DNA of 64,000 nt from the NCBI RefSeq assembly GCF_058153355.1, contig NZ_CM177019.1, one strand, 5' to 3'. How positions within the stretch are numbered: position 1 is the first letter of the stretch; the number at the start of each line of letters is the position of its first letter. This document shows positions 10,997-20,029 of the stretch, one piece after another. Both the position numbers and the translations under genes were made by a program. The notes under the pieces are model-generated. The model searched no databases and was not told the origin of the DNA. It saw nothing but the letters and a program-made list of their open reading frames with translations.

Positions 10997-11042
10997 ATTG
11001 TGATCTCAATCACATATCCACCCGACGAATAATTCTTGCCCA

Positions 11043-11070
11043 ACCGCTCACCGCCATTCCTGACCGCTTA
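11043..11070 (+). promoter_or_regulatory. Direct-repeat BtsR (YehT) response-regulator site upstream of btsT
   Basis: ACCGCTCA-N12-ACCGCTTA direct repeat about 280 bp upstream of btsT; matches the ACC(G/A)CT(C/T)A repeat motif I recall for the yjiY promoter. Confidence 0.55.
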
Positions 11071-11349
11071 CGTCCCAAATATAACCACTCAGTTATTTAC
11101 CTTACTTTACGCGCGCGTAACTCTGGCAACATCACTGCAGGATAGCGGTCAATTTACCTCCTCAAACGCAACGCAAACCTAGAACGGCTTCGGCCTATGA
11201 TTAACAAATTACTCTATGGATTTTGGTTTGCAGGAAGGCAGCAAGTGAGTGAATCCCCGGGAGCTTACAAAAGTAAGTGACAGGGGTGAACGAACGCAGC
11301 TGCCGCACCTGTAAGCCAAAAGACGACGAGTAAAATGCCAGGTTTTACT

Positions 11350-13500
11350 ATGGATACGAAAAAACTATTCAAGCACATACCCTGGGTGATTCTTGGAATC
11401 ATCGGTGCATTCTGCCTCGCGGTAGTTGCATTACGTCGGGGGGAGCACGTCAGCGCCCTGTGGATCGTGGTCGCCTCTGTGTCGGTGTATCTGGTGGCTT
11501 ATCGCTACTACAGTTTGTACATCGCCCAGAAAGTGATGAAACTCGACCCCACGCGCGCGACGCCTGCGGTTATTAACAATGACGGTCTGAACTATGTTCC
11601 GACCAACCGTTACGTGTTGTTTGGTCACCACTTCGCCGCTATCGCCGGTGCTGGTCCGCTGGTTGGTCCGGTTCTCGCCGCGCAGATGGGCTACCTGCCT
11701 GGCACGCTGTGGTTGCTGGCGGGGGTAGTGCTGGCCGGTGCGGTTCAGGACTTTATGGTGCTGTTTATCTCCTCTCGCCGTAACGGCGCATCTCTCGGTG
11801 AGATGATCAAAGAAGAGATGGGACCAGTACCGGGGACTATCGCGCTGTTTGGCTGTTTCTTAATCATGATCATCATCCTCGCCGTTCTGGCGCTGATTGT
11901 GGTTAAAGCCCTGGCCGAAAGTCCGTGGGGTGTCTTCACCGTTTGCTCAACCGTACCAATTGCGCTGTTTATGGGTATCTACATGCGCTTTATCCGTCCG
12001 GGGCGTGTAGGTGAAGTCTCTGTTATTGGTATCGTGCTGCTGGTTGCCTCTATCTACTTCGGTGGTGTGATTGCTCACGATCCGTACTGGGGTCCGGCAC
12101 TGACCTTTAAAGACACCACCATTACCTTCGCACTGATTGGCTATGCGTTTGTTTCCGCACTGCTGCCGGTGTGGCTGATCCTCGCACCGCGCGACTATCT
12201 GGCAACCTTCCTGAAAATCGGCGTTATCGTCGGCCTGGCGCTGGGTATCGTGGTGCTGAACCCGGAACTGAAAATGCCTGCGATGACCCAGTACATTGAC
12301 GGTACTGGCCCGCTGTGGAAAGGCGCTCTGTTCCCGTTCCTGTTCATCACCATCGCCTGTGGTGCGGTATCTGGCTTCCACGCGCTAATCTCTTCCGGTA
12401 CGACGCCGAAACTGCTGGCTAACGAAACCGACGCGCGTTTCATCGGCTACGGTGCAATGCTGATGGAGTCCTTCGTGGCGATTATGGCGCTGGTTGCTGC
12501 GTCCATCATCGAACCGGGTCTTTACTTCGCGATGAATACTCCGCCTGCGGGCCTTGGCATCACCATGCCTAACCTGCATGAGATGGGTGGCGAGAACGCG
12601 CCGATCATCATGGCACAACTGAAAGACGTTACCGCACACGCGGCAGCGACCGTCAGCTCCTGGGGCTTCGTGATTTCGCCAGAGCAGATCCTGCAAACCG
12701 CGAAAGACATTGGTGAGCCTTCTGTCCTGAACCGTGCAGGTGGTGCGCCGACGCTGGCGGTAGGTATCGCTCACGTGTTCCACAAAGTGCTGCCGATGGC
12801 TGACATGGGCTTCTGGTATCACTTCGGTATTCTGTTCGAAGCCCTGTTCATCCTGACCGCGCTGGATGCGGGTACCCGTTCTGGCCGCTTTATGCTGCAG
12901 GACCTGCTGGGTAACTTCATCCCGTTCCTGAAAAAAACCGACTCTCTGGTTGCTGGTATCATCGGTACTGCGGGCTGTGTGGGTCTGTGGGGCTACCTGC
13001 TGTATCAGGGCGTGGTCGATCCGCTGGGCGGCGTTAAGAGCCTGTGGCCGCTGTTCGGTATCTCCAACCAGATGCTGGCAGCCGTGGCGCTGGTACTGGG
13101 CACCGTTGTGCTGATTAAGATGAAACGCACCCAATACATCTGGGTAACTGTTGTTCCGGCTGTATGGCTGCTTATCTGCACCACCTGGGCGCTGGGCCTG
13201 AAACTGTTCAGCACCAACCCGCAGATGGAAGGCTTCTTCTACATGGCAAGCCAGTACAAAGAGAAGATTGCTAACGGTACTGACCTGACGGCACAGCAGA
13301 TTGCCAACATGAACCACATCGTTGTGAACAACTACACCAACGCAGGCCTGAGTATTCTGTTCCTGATTGTGGTGTACAGCATCATCTTCTACGGTTTCAA
13401 AACCTGGCTGAAGGTGCGTAACAGCGACAAACGTACTGACAAAGAAACACCGTACGTTCCAATCCCGGAAGGCGGCGTGAAGATCTCTTCGCACCACTAA
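11350..13500 (+). CDS. btsT: CstA-family pyruvate/H+ symporter
   Basis: 716 aa from MDTKKLFKHIPWVILG; CstA-family membrane protein; followed by yjiX and yjiA. Confidence 0.95.
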   Translation: MDTKKLFKHIPWVILGIIGAFCLAVVALRRGEHVSALWIVVASVSVYLVAYRYYSLYIAQKVMKLDPTRATPAVINNDGLNYVPTNRYVLFGHHFAAIAGAGPLVGPVLAAQMGYLPGTLWLLAGVVLAGAVQDFMVLFISSRRNGASLGEMIKEEMGPVPGTIALFGCFLIMIIILAVLALIVVKALAESPWGVFTVCSTVPIALFMGIYMRFIRPGRVGEVSVIGIVLLVASIYFGGVIAHDPYWGPALTFKDTTITFALIGYAFVSALLPVWLILAPRDYLATFLKIGVIVGLALGIVVLNPELKMPAMTQYIDGTGPLWKGALFPFLFITIACGAVSGFHALISSGTTPKLLANETDARFIGYGAMLMESFVAIMALVAASIIEPGLYFAMNTPPAGLGITMPNLHEMGGENAPIIMAQLKDVTAHAAATVSSWGFVISPEQILQTAKDIGEPSVLNRAGGAPTLAVGIAHVFHKVLPMADMGFWYHFGILFEALFILTALDAGTRSGRFMLQDLLGNFIPFLKKTDSLVAGIIGTAGCVGLWGYLLYQGVVDPLGGVKSLWPLFGISNQMLAAVALVLGTVVLIKMKRTQYIWVTVVPAVWLLICTTWALGLKLFSTNPQMEGFFYMASQYKEKIANGTDLTAQQIANMNHIVVNNYTNAGLSILFLIVVYSIIFYGFKTWLKVRNSDKRTDKETPYVPIPEGGVKISSHH

Positions 13501-13509
13501 CCGTGTTTA

Positions 13510-13536
13510 GCCCCGCTTCGGCGGGGCTTTGTTCTT
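13510..13536 (+). terminator. Rho-independent terminator after btsT
   Basis: gccccgc-ttcg-gcggggc hairpin followed by TTTGTTCTT. Confidence 0.7.
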
Positions 13537-13549
13537 ATCAGAGTGAACT

Positions 13550-13753
13550 ATGTTTGGTAACTTAGGACAGGCAAAAAAATATCTCGGCCAGGCGGCGAAG
13601 ATGTTGATTGGCATTCCAGACTACGACAACTACGTCGAGCATATGAAGACCAACCATCCCGACAAGCCGTACATGAGCTATGAAGAATTCTTCCGCGAAC
13701 GCCAGAACGCGCGCTACGGCGGCGATGGTAAAGGCGGTATGCGCTGTTGTTAA
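13550..13753 (+). CDS. yjiX: Small conserved protein (DUF466, CstA-associated)
   Basis: 67-aa ORF directly downstream of btsT. Confidence 0.85.
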
Positions 13754-13763
13754 TGGAGAGAGC

Positions 13764-14720
13764 ATGAACCCGATTGCAGTTACCCTACTCACCGGTTTTT
13801 TAGGCGCAGGCAAAACCACCCTGCTGCGCCATATTCTTAATGAACAGCACGGCTACAAAATTGCCGTGATTGAAAACGAATTCGGCGAAGTCTCCGTTGA
13901 TGATCAACTGATTGGCGACCGCGCCACGCAGATCAAAACGCTGACCAACGGCTGCATCTGTTGTTCGCGCTCCAACGAGCTGGAGGACGCGCTACTCGAC
14001 CTGCTGGATAATCTCGACAAGGGCAATATTCAGTTCGACCGTCTGGTCATTGAATGCACAGGCATGGCCGATCCCGGCCCGATTATTCAGACCTTTTTCT
14101 CCCATGAGATTTTATGCCAGCGTTACCTGCTGGACGGCGTGATTGCGCTGGTGGATGCGGTACATGCCGATGAGCAGATGAACCAGTTCACCATCGCCCA
14201 GTCACAGGTTGGCTACGCCGACCGCATTCTGCTGACCAAAACCGACGTCGCAGGCGAAGCAGAAAAACTGCGTGAACGCCTGGCGCGCATCAACGCCCGC
14301 GCACCGGTCTACACCGTCACCCACGGCGACATCGATCTGGGCCTGCTGTTCAACACCAACGGTTTTATGCTGGAAGAAAACGTCGTCAGCACCAAACCGC
14401 GTTTCCACTTTATCGCGGATAAACAAAACGATATTTCGTCGATTGTGGTGGAACTGGATTACCCGGTAGATATCAGCGAAGTTTCTCGGGTGATGGAAAA
14501 CCTGCTGCTGGAATCGGCGGATAAACTGCTGCGTTACAAAGGGATGCTGTGGATTGACGGCGAACCAAATCGCCTGCTGTTCCAGGGCGTCCAGCGCCTC
14601 TACAGCGCCGACTGGGACCGCCCGTGGGGCGATGAAAAACCGCATAGCACAATGGTGTTTATCGGGATTCAGCTGCCGGAGGAAGAGATTCGGGCTGCGT
14701 TTGCGGGGTTGAGGAAGTAA
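13764..14720 (+). CDS. yjiA: CobW/P47K-family GTPase
   Basis: 318 aa from internal Met (GGAGAG RBS); P-loop GFLGAGKTT. Confidence 0.9.
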   Translation: MNPIAVTLLTGFLGAGKTTLLRHILNEQHGYKIAVIENEFGEVSVDDQLIGDRATQIKTLTNGCICCSRSNELEDALLDLLDNLDKGNIQFDRLVIECTGMADPGPIIQTFFSHEILCQRYLLDGVIALVDAVHADEQMNQFTIAQSQVGYADRILLTKTDVAGEAEKLRERLARINARAPVYTVTHGDIDLGLLFNTNGFMLEENVVSTKPRFHFIADKQNDISSIVVELDYPVDISEVSRVMENLLLESADKLLRYKGMLWIDGEPNRLLFQGVQRLYSADWDRPWGDEKPHSTMVFIGIQLPEEEIRAAFAGLRK

Positions 14721-14788
14721 GTTCGGGAAAGATCAACTTTTTGAGAGTTCCACCGCAATATTATTACGAGTGGAACTCTTTAGATATG

Positions 14789-16463
14789 TCAGACCAACCA
14801 AAGCTTCTTCAATTGCGTTTTCATTTTTTCATGTCTCATTTTCAGTTCAGCCAATCCCCATTCTGAAGAATTACAAACATCTTTTGTTAAATCAAAAGAG
14901 CTTTTACTATTAAGTTTCTCATAAATAGATTTCTTTTTGATAAAATCATAGTGTTGTGCTTCAGAATTTTTGGAACCACTTATGAGTGTTAAATTACCTA
15001 TTTTATGCAGCCAGTAGACATGCTCTTGAGGTTGGAATCTATTAATCCAGTATTCATTAACTAATGCTTGAGGAAGAATATGCTCAATTGTGATTCTCCC
15101 CGTATAGGTTTTAATCACGCTCTCATCTTGTTGCTCCATATCTAAGCGAAGCAAAATTGCTTTTATTAAGTTCACTTGATTCGGACGAGGCTCATATAAA
15201 TCTTCATCCAGTGCAGCTATAAAACCTGAATTATCTGCATGTTGGTTTATCTGATTTATCACAGAATCAAAAGGCATATCATTATTTATTGCTACCAGAG
15301 CTGAATAACAAACCATTTCTCTTTGGCTTTTAATTTGTTTTTTTAACCACCCATGCATATATACCTTCTCAAAGGCGGTAATAAATTGAGAAAAATCATC
15401 TAAATTAAAATCTTCTGTACGAGCCATTCGATTCATGAATGCCATAACCGGAGGAATCCACTCATCTACCCCTAAATTACTTAGCGATGCTATTTTTCGT
15501 CGTATTGAAGGGTGTTCAAAATCATTCTCTAAAATCTTAGTATAATTTTTTGCAGAATTAACCAACATCAGTGACATAGCAATAGCATCTCCATCAAATT
15601 GCTGCTGGAGATTTTCAATAAAAGCTTCAAAACCTTTTTGTAACACCCTGTCACGATCTTTTTTCTCGGAAAGCTTATGAAGAGTAAGAAATTTATCAAG
15701 CCGTCTCACTCCAACCATATCTTCAATTTGCGACCATGCTGATTCTATTTGCTCTAATTTTTTATTATGTGTAGAAGCTGATTCAAACAGTGCATTTTTT
15801 AAAAGAACTGCATTACTTAAAGGTAAACCTCGACTATTTAATACATTAAAGAGTCTAAATGATGATGCGAAATCATCTGTTTGCACAAATACGATATATA
15901 CATTTTGCAAAATATATTTAGCAAGCAACTTCAACTCATCAACAGATAACCGCAACAAATAATCTCTAATTGTTTCAGCGTTGCTAATGAATACTAAATC
16001 AGTATCCGATGGCTTTTCAGGCTTATAATCTTTAGAATCCTGCAGTATATAATATTTATAAAGATCATACTCTTTTTTTCTAACAATTAGTCTTGGTTCA
16101 TCTGTTTCATCAGAATAAACATCAATAGGTAGAACTCTTTTTTTGCAAATCATCTTTTATCCCCTGAATCGGGATGATTTTTTTTAGCTCGGAGACAATA
16201 ATACTTAACGTTGTAAGACGTTGTTGCCCATCTACAACTTCATACTGATTTTGCCCTTTATTGATACAAATCATACTCCCAATAAAATATTCATTCTCTT
16301 CTGATTGAGAGCTTTTATAAATGTCATCAATGAGTTGCTCTGCATTATCTACCGTCCAACTGTAAGGACGCTGATAAGAAGGAATAATAAACTTTTTGTT
16401 TTCAGTAAGGATATCCTGCACCTTACATTCTTTAGCTTCCATTTCATATACCCAATCAAACAA
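14789..16463 (-). pseudogene. GmrSD-like type IV restriction endonuclease (DUF262 ParB-like N-domain plus DUF1524 HNH-like C-domain), frameshifted
   Basis: Two overlapping minus-strand ORFs (16463-16122 and 16153-14789). The upstream piece has the DUF262 motif PSYQRPYSW...DGQQR. They are joined only by a 1-nt frame change inside an A7 run (plus-strand T7 at 16138-16144). AT-rich. Confidence 0.7.
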
Positions 16464-16599
16464 TCAACAATAACATTATCTTTCTTGCCCGAAAGAAACG
16501 CAACTATAAGATTTTTATATATTTTGTTAGAGATATTAGTAGCAAAAGGCCACGATAAATTTCTCTCCCCTTCCCCATACGGGAAGGGGAAATACCCCC

Positions 16600-16764
16600 T
16601 CACTCCACATCCTCCCTGCGTAACCCAATATCCCTCAACCGTTCATCACTCATCTGCTGTAACACGCGTCGGGTCTGCATTTGCCGCCGCCAACGCCTCA
16701 CCGCCTGCCAGAGTTGCACCAGGCCGATAAACGGCGCTTTAGCTCTGTTTTCGTGAAATACCAT
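16600..16764 (-). CDS. yjiS: DUF1127-family small protein (YjiS-like)
   Basis: Hand-translated 54-aa ORF MVFHENRAKAPFIGLVQLWQAVRRWRRQMQTRRVLQQMSDERLRDIGLRREDVE with the DUF1127 signature; below the ORF-track length cut-off; divergent from yjiR. Confidence 0.7.
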   Translation of the reverse strand: MVFHENRAKAPFIGLVQLWQAVRRWRRQMQTRRVLQQMSDERLRDIGLRREDVE

Positions 16765-16940
16765 CTGCTGCCTCCTCATCTTTCAGAGGCTTCATCATCC
16801 GCCTTCTGGCAGTTCACAATACAGATGCAAATATTAGTTTTATTTAACATACAGACAGGTTAAAACAACATCTGCATCCGGTTTTTTAGCCTCATCTGTA
16901 CCGGTTTTTCTCTCTGTATGGTCCAAATAAGGAGTACAGC

Positions 16941-18353
16941 ATGACGCGTTATCAACATCTGGCGACTCTGCTTGCCGAACGGATTGAGCAAGGGCTGTAT
17001 CGTCACGGGGAGAAATTGCCGTCGGTGCGCAGCTTAAGTCAGGAGCACGGCGTCAGTATCAGCACCGTGCAGCAGGCGTATCAGACGCTGGAGACGATGA
17101 AGCTCATCACTCCGCAGCCGCGTTCGGGTTATTTTGTCGCACAACGTAAAGCCCAGCCGCCAGTACCGCCGATGACGCGTCCGGTGCAGCGCCCGGTGGA
17201 AATTACCCAGTGGGATCAGGTGCTGGATATGCTGGAGGCGCATAGCGACAGTTCCATTGTTCCGTTAAGCAAAAGCACGCCGGATGTCGAAACGCCCAGC
17301 TTGAAACCGCTGTGGCGGGAGCTAAGCCGGGTGGTGCAGCATAATCTGCAAACCGTTCTCGGTTATGACTTGTTAGCCGGTCAGCGAGTATTGCGAGAGC
17401 AGATTGCCCGCCTGATGCTCGACAGCGGCTCGGTAGTCACCGCCGATGACATCATTATTACCAGCGGCTGCCATAACTCGATGTCGCTGGCGTTAATGGC
17501 GGTGTGTAAACCGGGCGATATTGTCGCGGTCGAATCCCCCTGTTATTACGGTTCGATGCAGATGCTGCGCGGCATGGGCGTGAAAGTGATTGAAATCCCA
17601 ACCGATCCAGAAACAGGCATCAGCGTTGAAGCGCTGGAACTGGCGCTGGAACAGTGGCCAATTAAAGGCATCATTCTGGTGCCAAACTGTAATAATCCGC
17701 TGGGATTTATTATGCCGGACGCGCGCAAACGGGCCGTTCTCTCTCTCGCTCAGCGTCATGATATTGTGATTTTTGAAGATGATGTCTATGGCGAACTGGC
17801 AACGGAGTATCCGCGCCCGCGGACCATTCATTCCTGGGATATCGACGGGCGAGTGCTGCTGTGCAGTTCGTTCAGTAAAAGCATTGCACCAGGCCTGCGC
17901 GTGGGTTGGGTCGCACCGGGGCGTTATCACGATAAACTGCTGCATATGAAATACGCCATCAGCAGCTTTAATGTGCCGTCCACGCAAATGGCGGCGGCAA
18001 CGTTTGTGCTGGAAGGTCACTATCATCGCCATATCCGGCGGATGCGGCAGAATTATCAGCGCAATTTGGCGCTTTATACCTGCTGGATACGGGAATATTT
18101 TCCCTGCGAAATCTGTATTACGCGCCCGAAAGGCGGATTTTTACTGTGGATAGAATTGCCTGAACAGGTCGATATGGTCTGCGTTGCGCGACAGCTGTAC
18201 CGCATGAAAATCCAGGTGGCGGCAGGCTCGATTTTCTCGGCTTCCGGCAAATACCGTAATTGTCTACGCATCAACTGCGCTTTACCGCTCAGCGAAACCT
18301 ATCGCGAAGCACTGAAGCAAATTGGCGAGGCCGTGTATCGGGCAATGGAATGA
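16941..18353 (+). CDS. yjiR: MocR-family regulator (GntR HTH fused to aminotransferase-like domain)
   Basis: 470 aa; N-terminal GntR HTH and class-I aminotransferase-like fold; AAGGAG RBS. Confidence 0.9.
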   Translation: MTRYQHLATLLAERIEQGLYRHGEKLPSVRSLSQEHGVSISTVQQAYQTLETMKLITPQPRSGYFVAQRKAQPPVPPMTRPVQRPVEITQWDQVLDMLEAHSDSSIVPLSKSTPDVETPSLKPLWRELSRVVQHNLQTVLGYDLLAGQRVLREQIARLMLDSGSVVTADDIIITSGCHNSMSLALMAVCKPGDIVAVESPCYYGSMQMLRGMGVKVIEIPTDPETGISVEALELALEQWPIKGIILVPNCNNPLGFIMPDARKRAVLSLAQRHDIVIFEDDVYGELATEYPRPRTIHSWDIDGRVLLCSSFSKSIAPGLRVGWVAPGRYHDKLLHMKYAISSFNVPSTQMAAATFVLEGHYHRHIRRMRQNYQRNLALYTCWIREYFPCEICITRPKGGFLLWIELPEQVDMVCVARQLYRMKIQVAAGSIFSASGKYRNCLRINCALPLSETYREALKQIGEAVYRAME

Positions 18354-18450
18354 ATTCGAAATAGTGGCGAAGCGCCTGATTTCCTCTCACGAATCGCGTG
18401 TGACTCGTTTTATCTTTGCTGGGTCATCGCCACGTTCCAGCCTGAATTAG

Positions 18451-18570
18451 GCAAAGTGCGCTTTGTTCATGCCGGATGCCATGTGAACGCCTTACCAGGT
18501 CTACAAAATCTTTAAAGTTCAATATATTTAATGGGTTATGTAGACCTGATAAGTGTAGCGCATCAGGCTG
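18451..18570. repeat. REP/BIME palindromic units
   Basis: gccggatgc...cgcctta... and inverted gtagacctgataag...gcgcatcaggc units typical of E. coli REP elements. Confidence 0.7.
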
Positions 18571-18595
18571 CTTTGCGTTTGTCATCCGTCTCTGA

Positions 18596-19552
18596 TTAGT
18601 ACTCGATCCATGGATCACGCTTGCTTTCAGGCAAGGGCTGATCTAATGCCTGCATTTGCTCTGCCGAAAGTCCGGTATATCGTTGTATCCATTCAGGATC
18701 GGCCCCATTCTGCAACAACAATCGGAGGAGGCTCCGTTCCCCTTCTACTTTCCCTTCTTTCCTCCCCCTCTCCCTTCCCAACAGCCATCCATCATTATGA
18801 ATTCGCTCTGCAATTGTCATTATTCGCTCCCTGTGGTGTGGCATTCGCCTGGTAAGTTCGCTGATAAACGCCTTAAAACGCGCTTCATCGCCAGTCAGTA
18901 AAATGTAATTTAACAGCGCAGTTATCTGGCTGTCATTAGCGCACCCTGTAACCAGTAATACTGCCAGTTGATCAATAAGCCCCATTAGATCGCGCTGGCG
19001 AATATGCTTTTGGATCAACTCCAACAGGGCGACTCTGCGATGCTGCACAATCTCGTCATCCGGCACGATAGTGATATCCACCAGCGGGAACGCGGCGTTA
19101 TAAAGCTTCCGTGCGGTAGTCGGGTCGGCAAATTCGTCCAGCCAGCACAAAGACCAGGGATAAGGACTACGGCTACCGTGATAAAACAGCATCGGGATGA
19201 CCAGCGGTAGCGGTCGGCGTTTATCATGTTCGATATGGCGCTGCATCACCGCCATGGAATAGCGCATCAGGCGAAAAGCCATGTGAATATCCTCACGGCT
19301 CTGATGTTCAATCACCACATAGATATAGCCATCTCCTTTACGGGTCTTTACCGACCACAGAATATCGGAATGTAGCGCCCGTAATTTTTCATCGACAAAG
19401 CTGGCGGATTCCAGTTTTAAGCTATCGAGATCGCACAGTTCACGTAAATCTATTGGTAAGTGGATCTCCATAAAATCCCGCGCGGTGTCAGGGTGGGTGA
19501 GAAAGGATTTAAATAATGCGTCATGCGGCGTACTGGTCGTGAAGTTTGTCAT
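18596..19552 (-). CDS. rpnD: Rpn-family recombination-promoting nuclease (PD-(D/E)XK, transposase_31-like), uninterrupted
   Basis: 318 aa; N-terminal HDALFKSFL and core typical of the YhgA/Rpn family; adjacent to mdtM where K-12 has yjiP/yjiQ. Confidence 0.8.
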   Translation of the reverse strand: MTNFTTSTPHDALFKSFLTHPDTARDFMEIHLPIDLRELCDLDSLKLESASFVDEKLRALHSDILWSVKTRKGDGYIYVVIEHQSREDIHMAFRLMRYSMAVMQRHIEHDKRRPLPLVIPMLFYHGSRSPYPWSLCWLDEFADPTTARKLYNAAFPLVDITIVPDDEIVQHRRVALLELIQKHIRQRDLMGLIDQLAVLLVTGCANDSQITALLNYILLTGDEARFKAFISELTRRMPHHRERIMTIAERIHNDGWLLGRERGRKEGKVEGERSLLRLLLQNGADPEWIQRYTGLSAEQMQALDQPLPESKRDPWIEY

Positions 19553-20029
19553 GGCGATCCGTCACCTGTAGATAAGATGGCCCGACTTTAGCGACTAACA
19601 AAACCATTCTCACCCGGCTATTTTCCGTTCCCCGAGGCGCTTTCTAGGCTATTTTTGTTCCTCTGCAAACGATACATTTTTCCGGAAACAGGCTCGCGTT
19701 TTACATTTCCTGTACCCGGCAGATATTCCCCTTTCCACCGCGCTCTTTTGATTAACCGCAAATTTTAATTACACTTAAGGTGTATATTTTCTATGCAACC
19801 CATCAATTCAAGAGGTGTAATGTGCTGATGACTATTTGTAATCGTTATACATTCTGACCCGAAGTCAGAAAGTATTTCACTGTCTGTGTGTTCACAGGCA
19901 GTGTGGTTGATTACATGAAATTCAGTACATTTGCAGTCTCGTTGCCCTTCTCACCTGCCTTTCGTCATTACCGACGGTATTGAATTTCGTTTTCCCCGTT
20001 GGGGTTCTCCGGACAAGGAGTTGTTTGTT

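Noticed and set aside
12385-13497. 370-aa minus-strand ORF
   Set aside because: Lies entirely antisense within btsT, arginine/histidine-rich with no recognisable domain; typical shadow ORF of a GC-rich gene.
16305-16730. 141-aa plus-strand ORF (and 16349-16603 minus ORF) between the GmrSD-like gene and yjiR
   Set aside because: Both span a REP-like hairpin and overlap the better-supported 54-aa DUF1127 gene on the minus strand; no motifs.
18596-19552. Rpn/transposase_31-family gene considered as an IS transposase
   Set aside because: No terminal inverted repeats or target duplication seen; Rpn proteins are chromosomal housekeeping-type nucleases, not part of an IS here.
19931-20029. 33-codon N-terminal extension of mdtM in the ORF track
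   Set aside because: Internal Met at 20030 has an AAGGAG RBS and gives the expected 410-aa MFS protein; the extension has no RBS.
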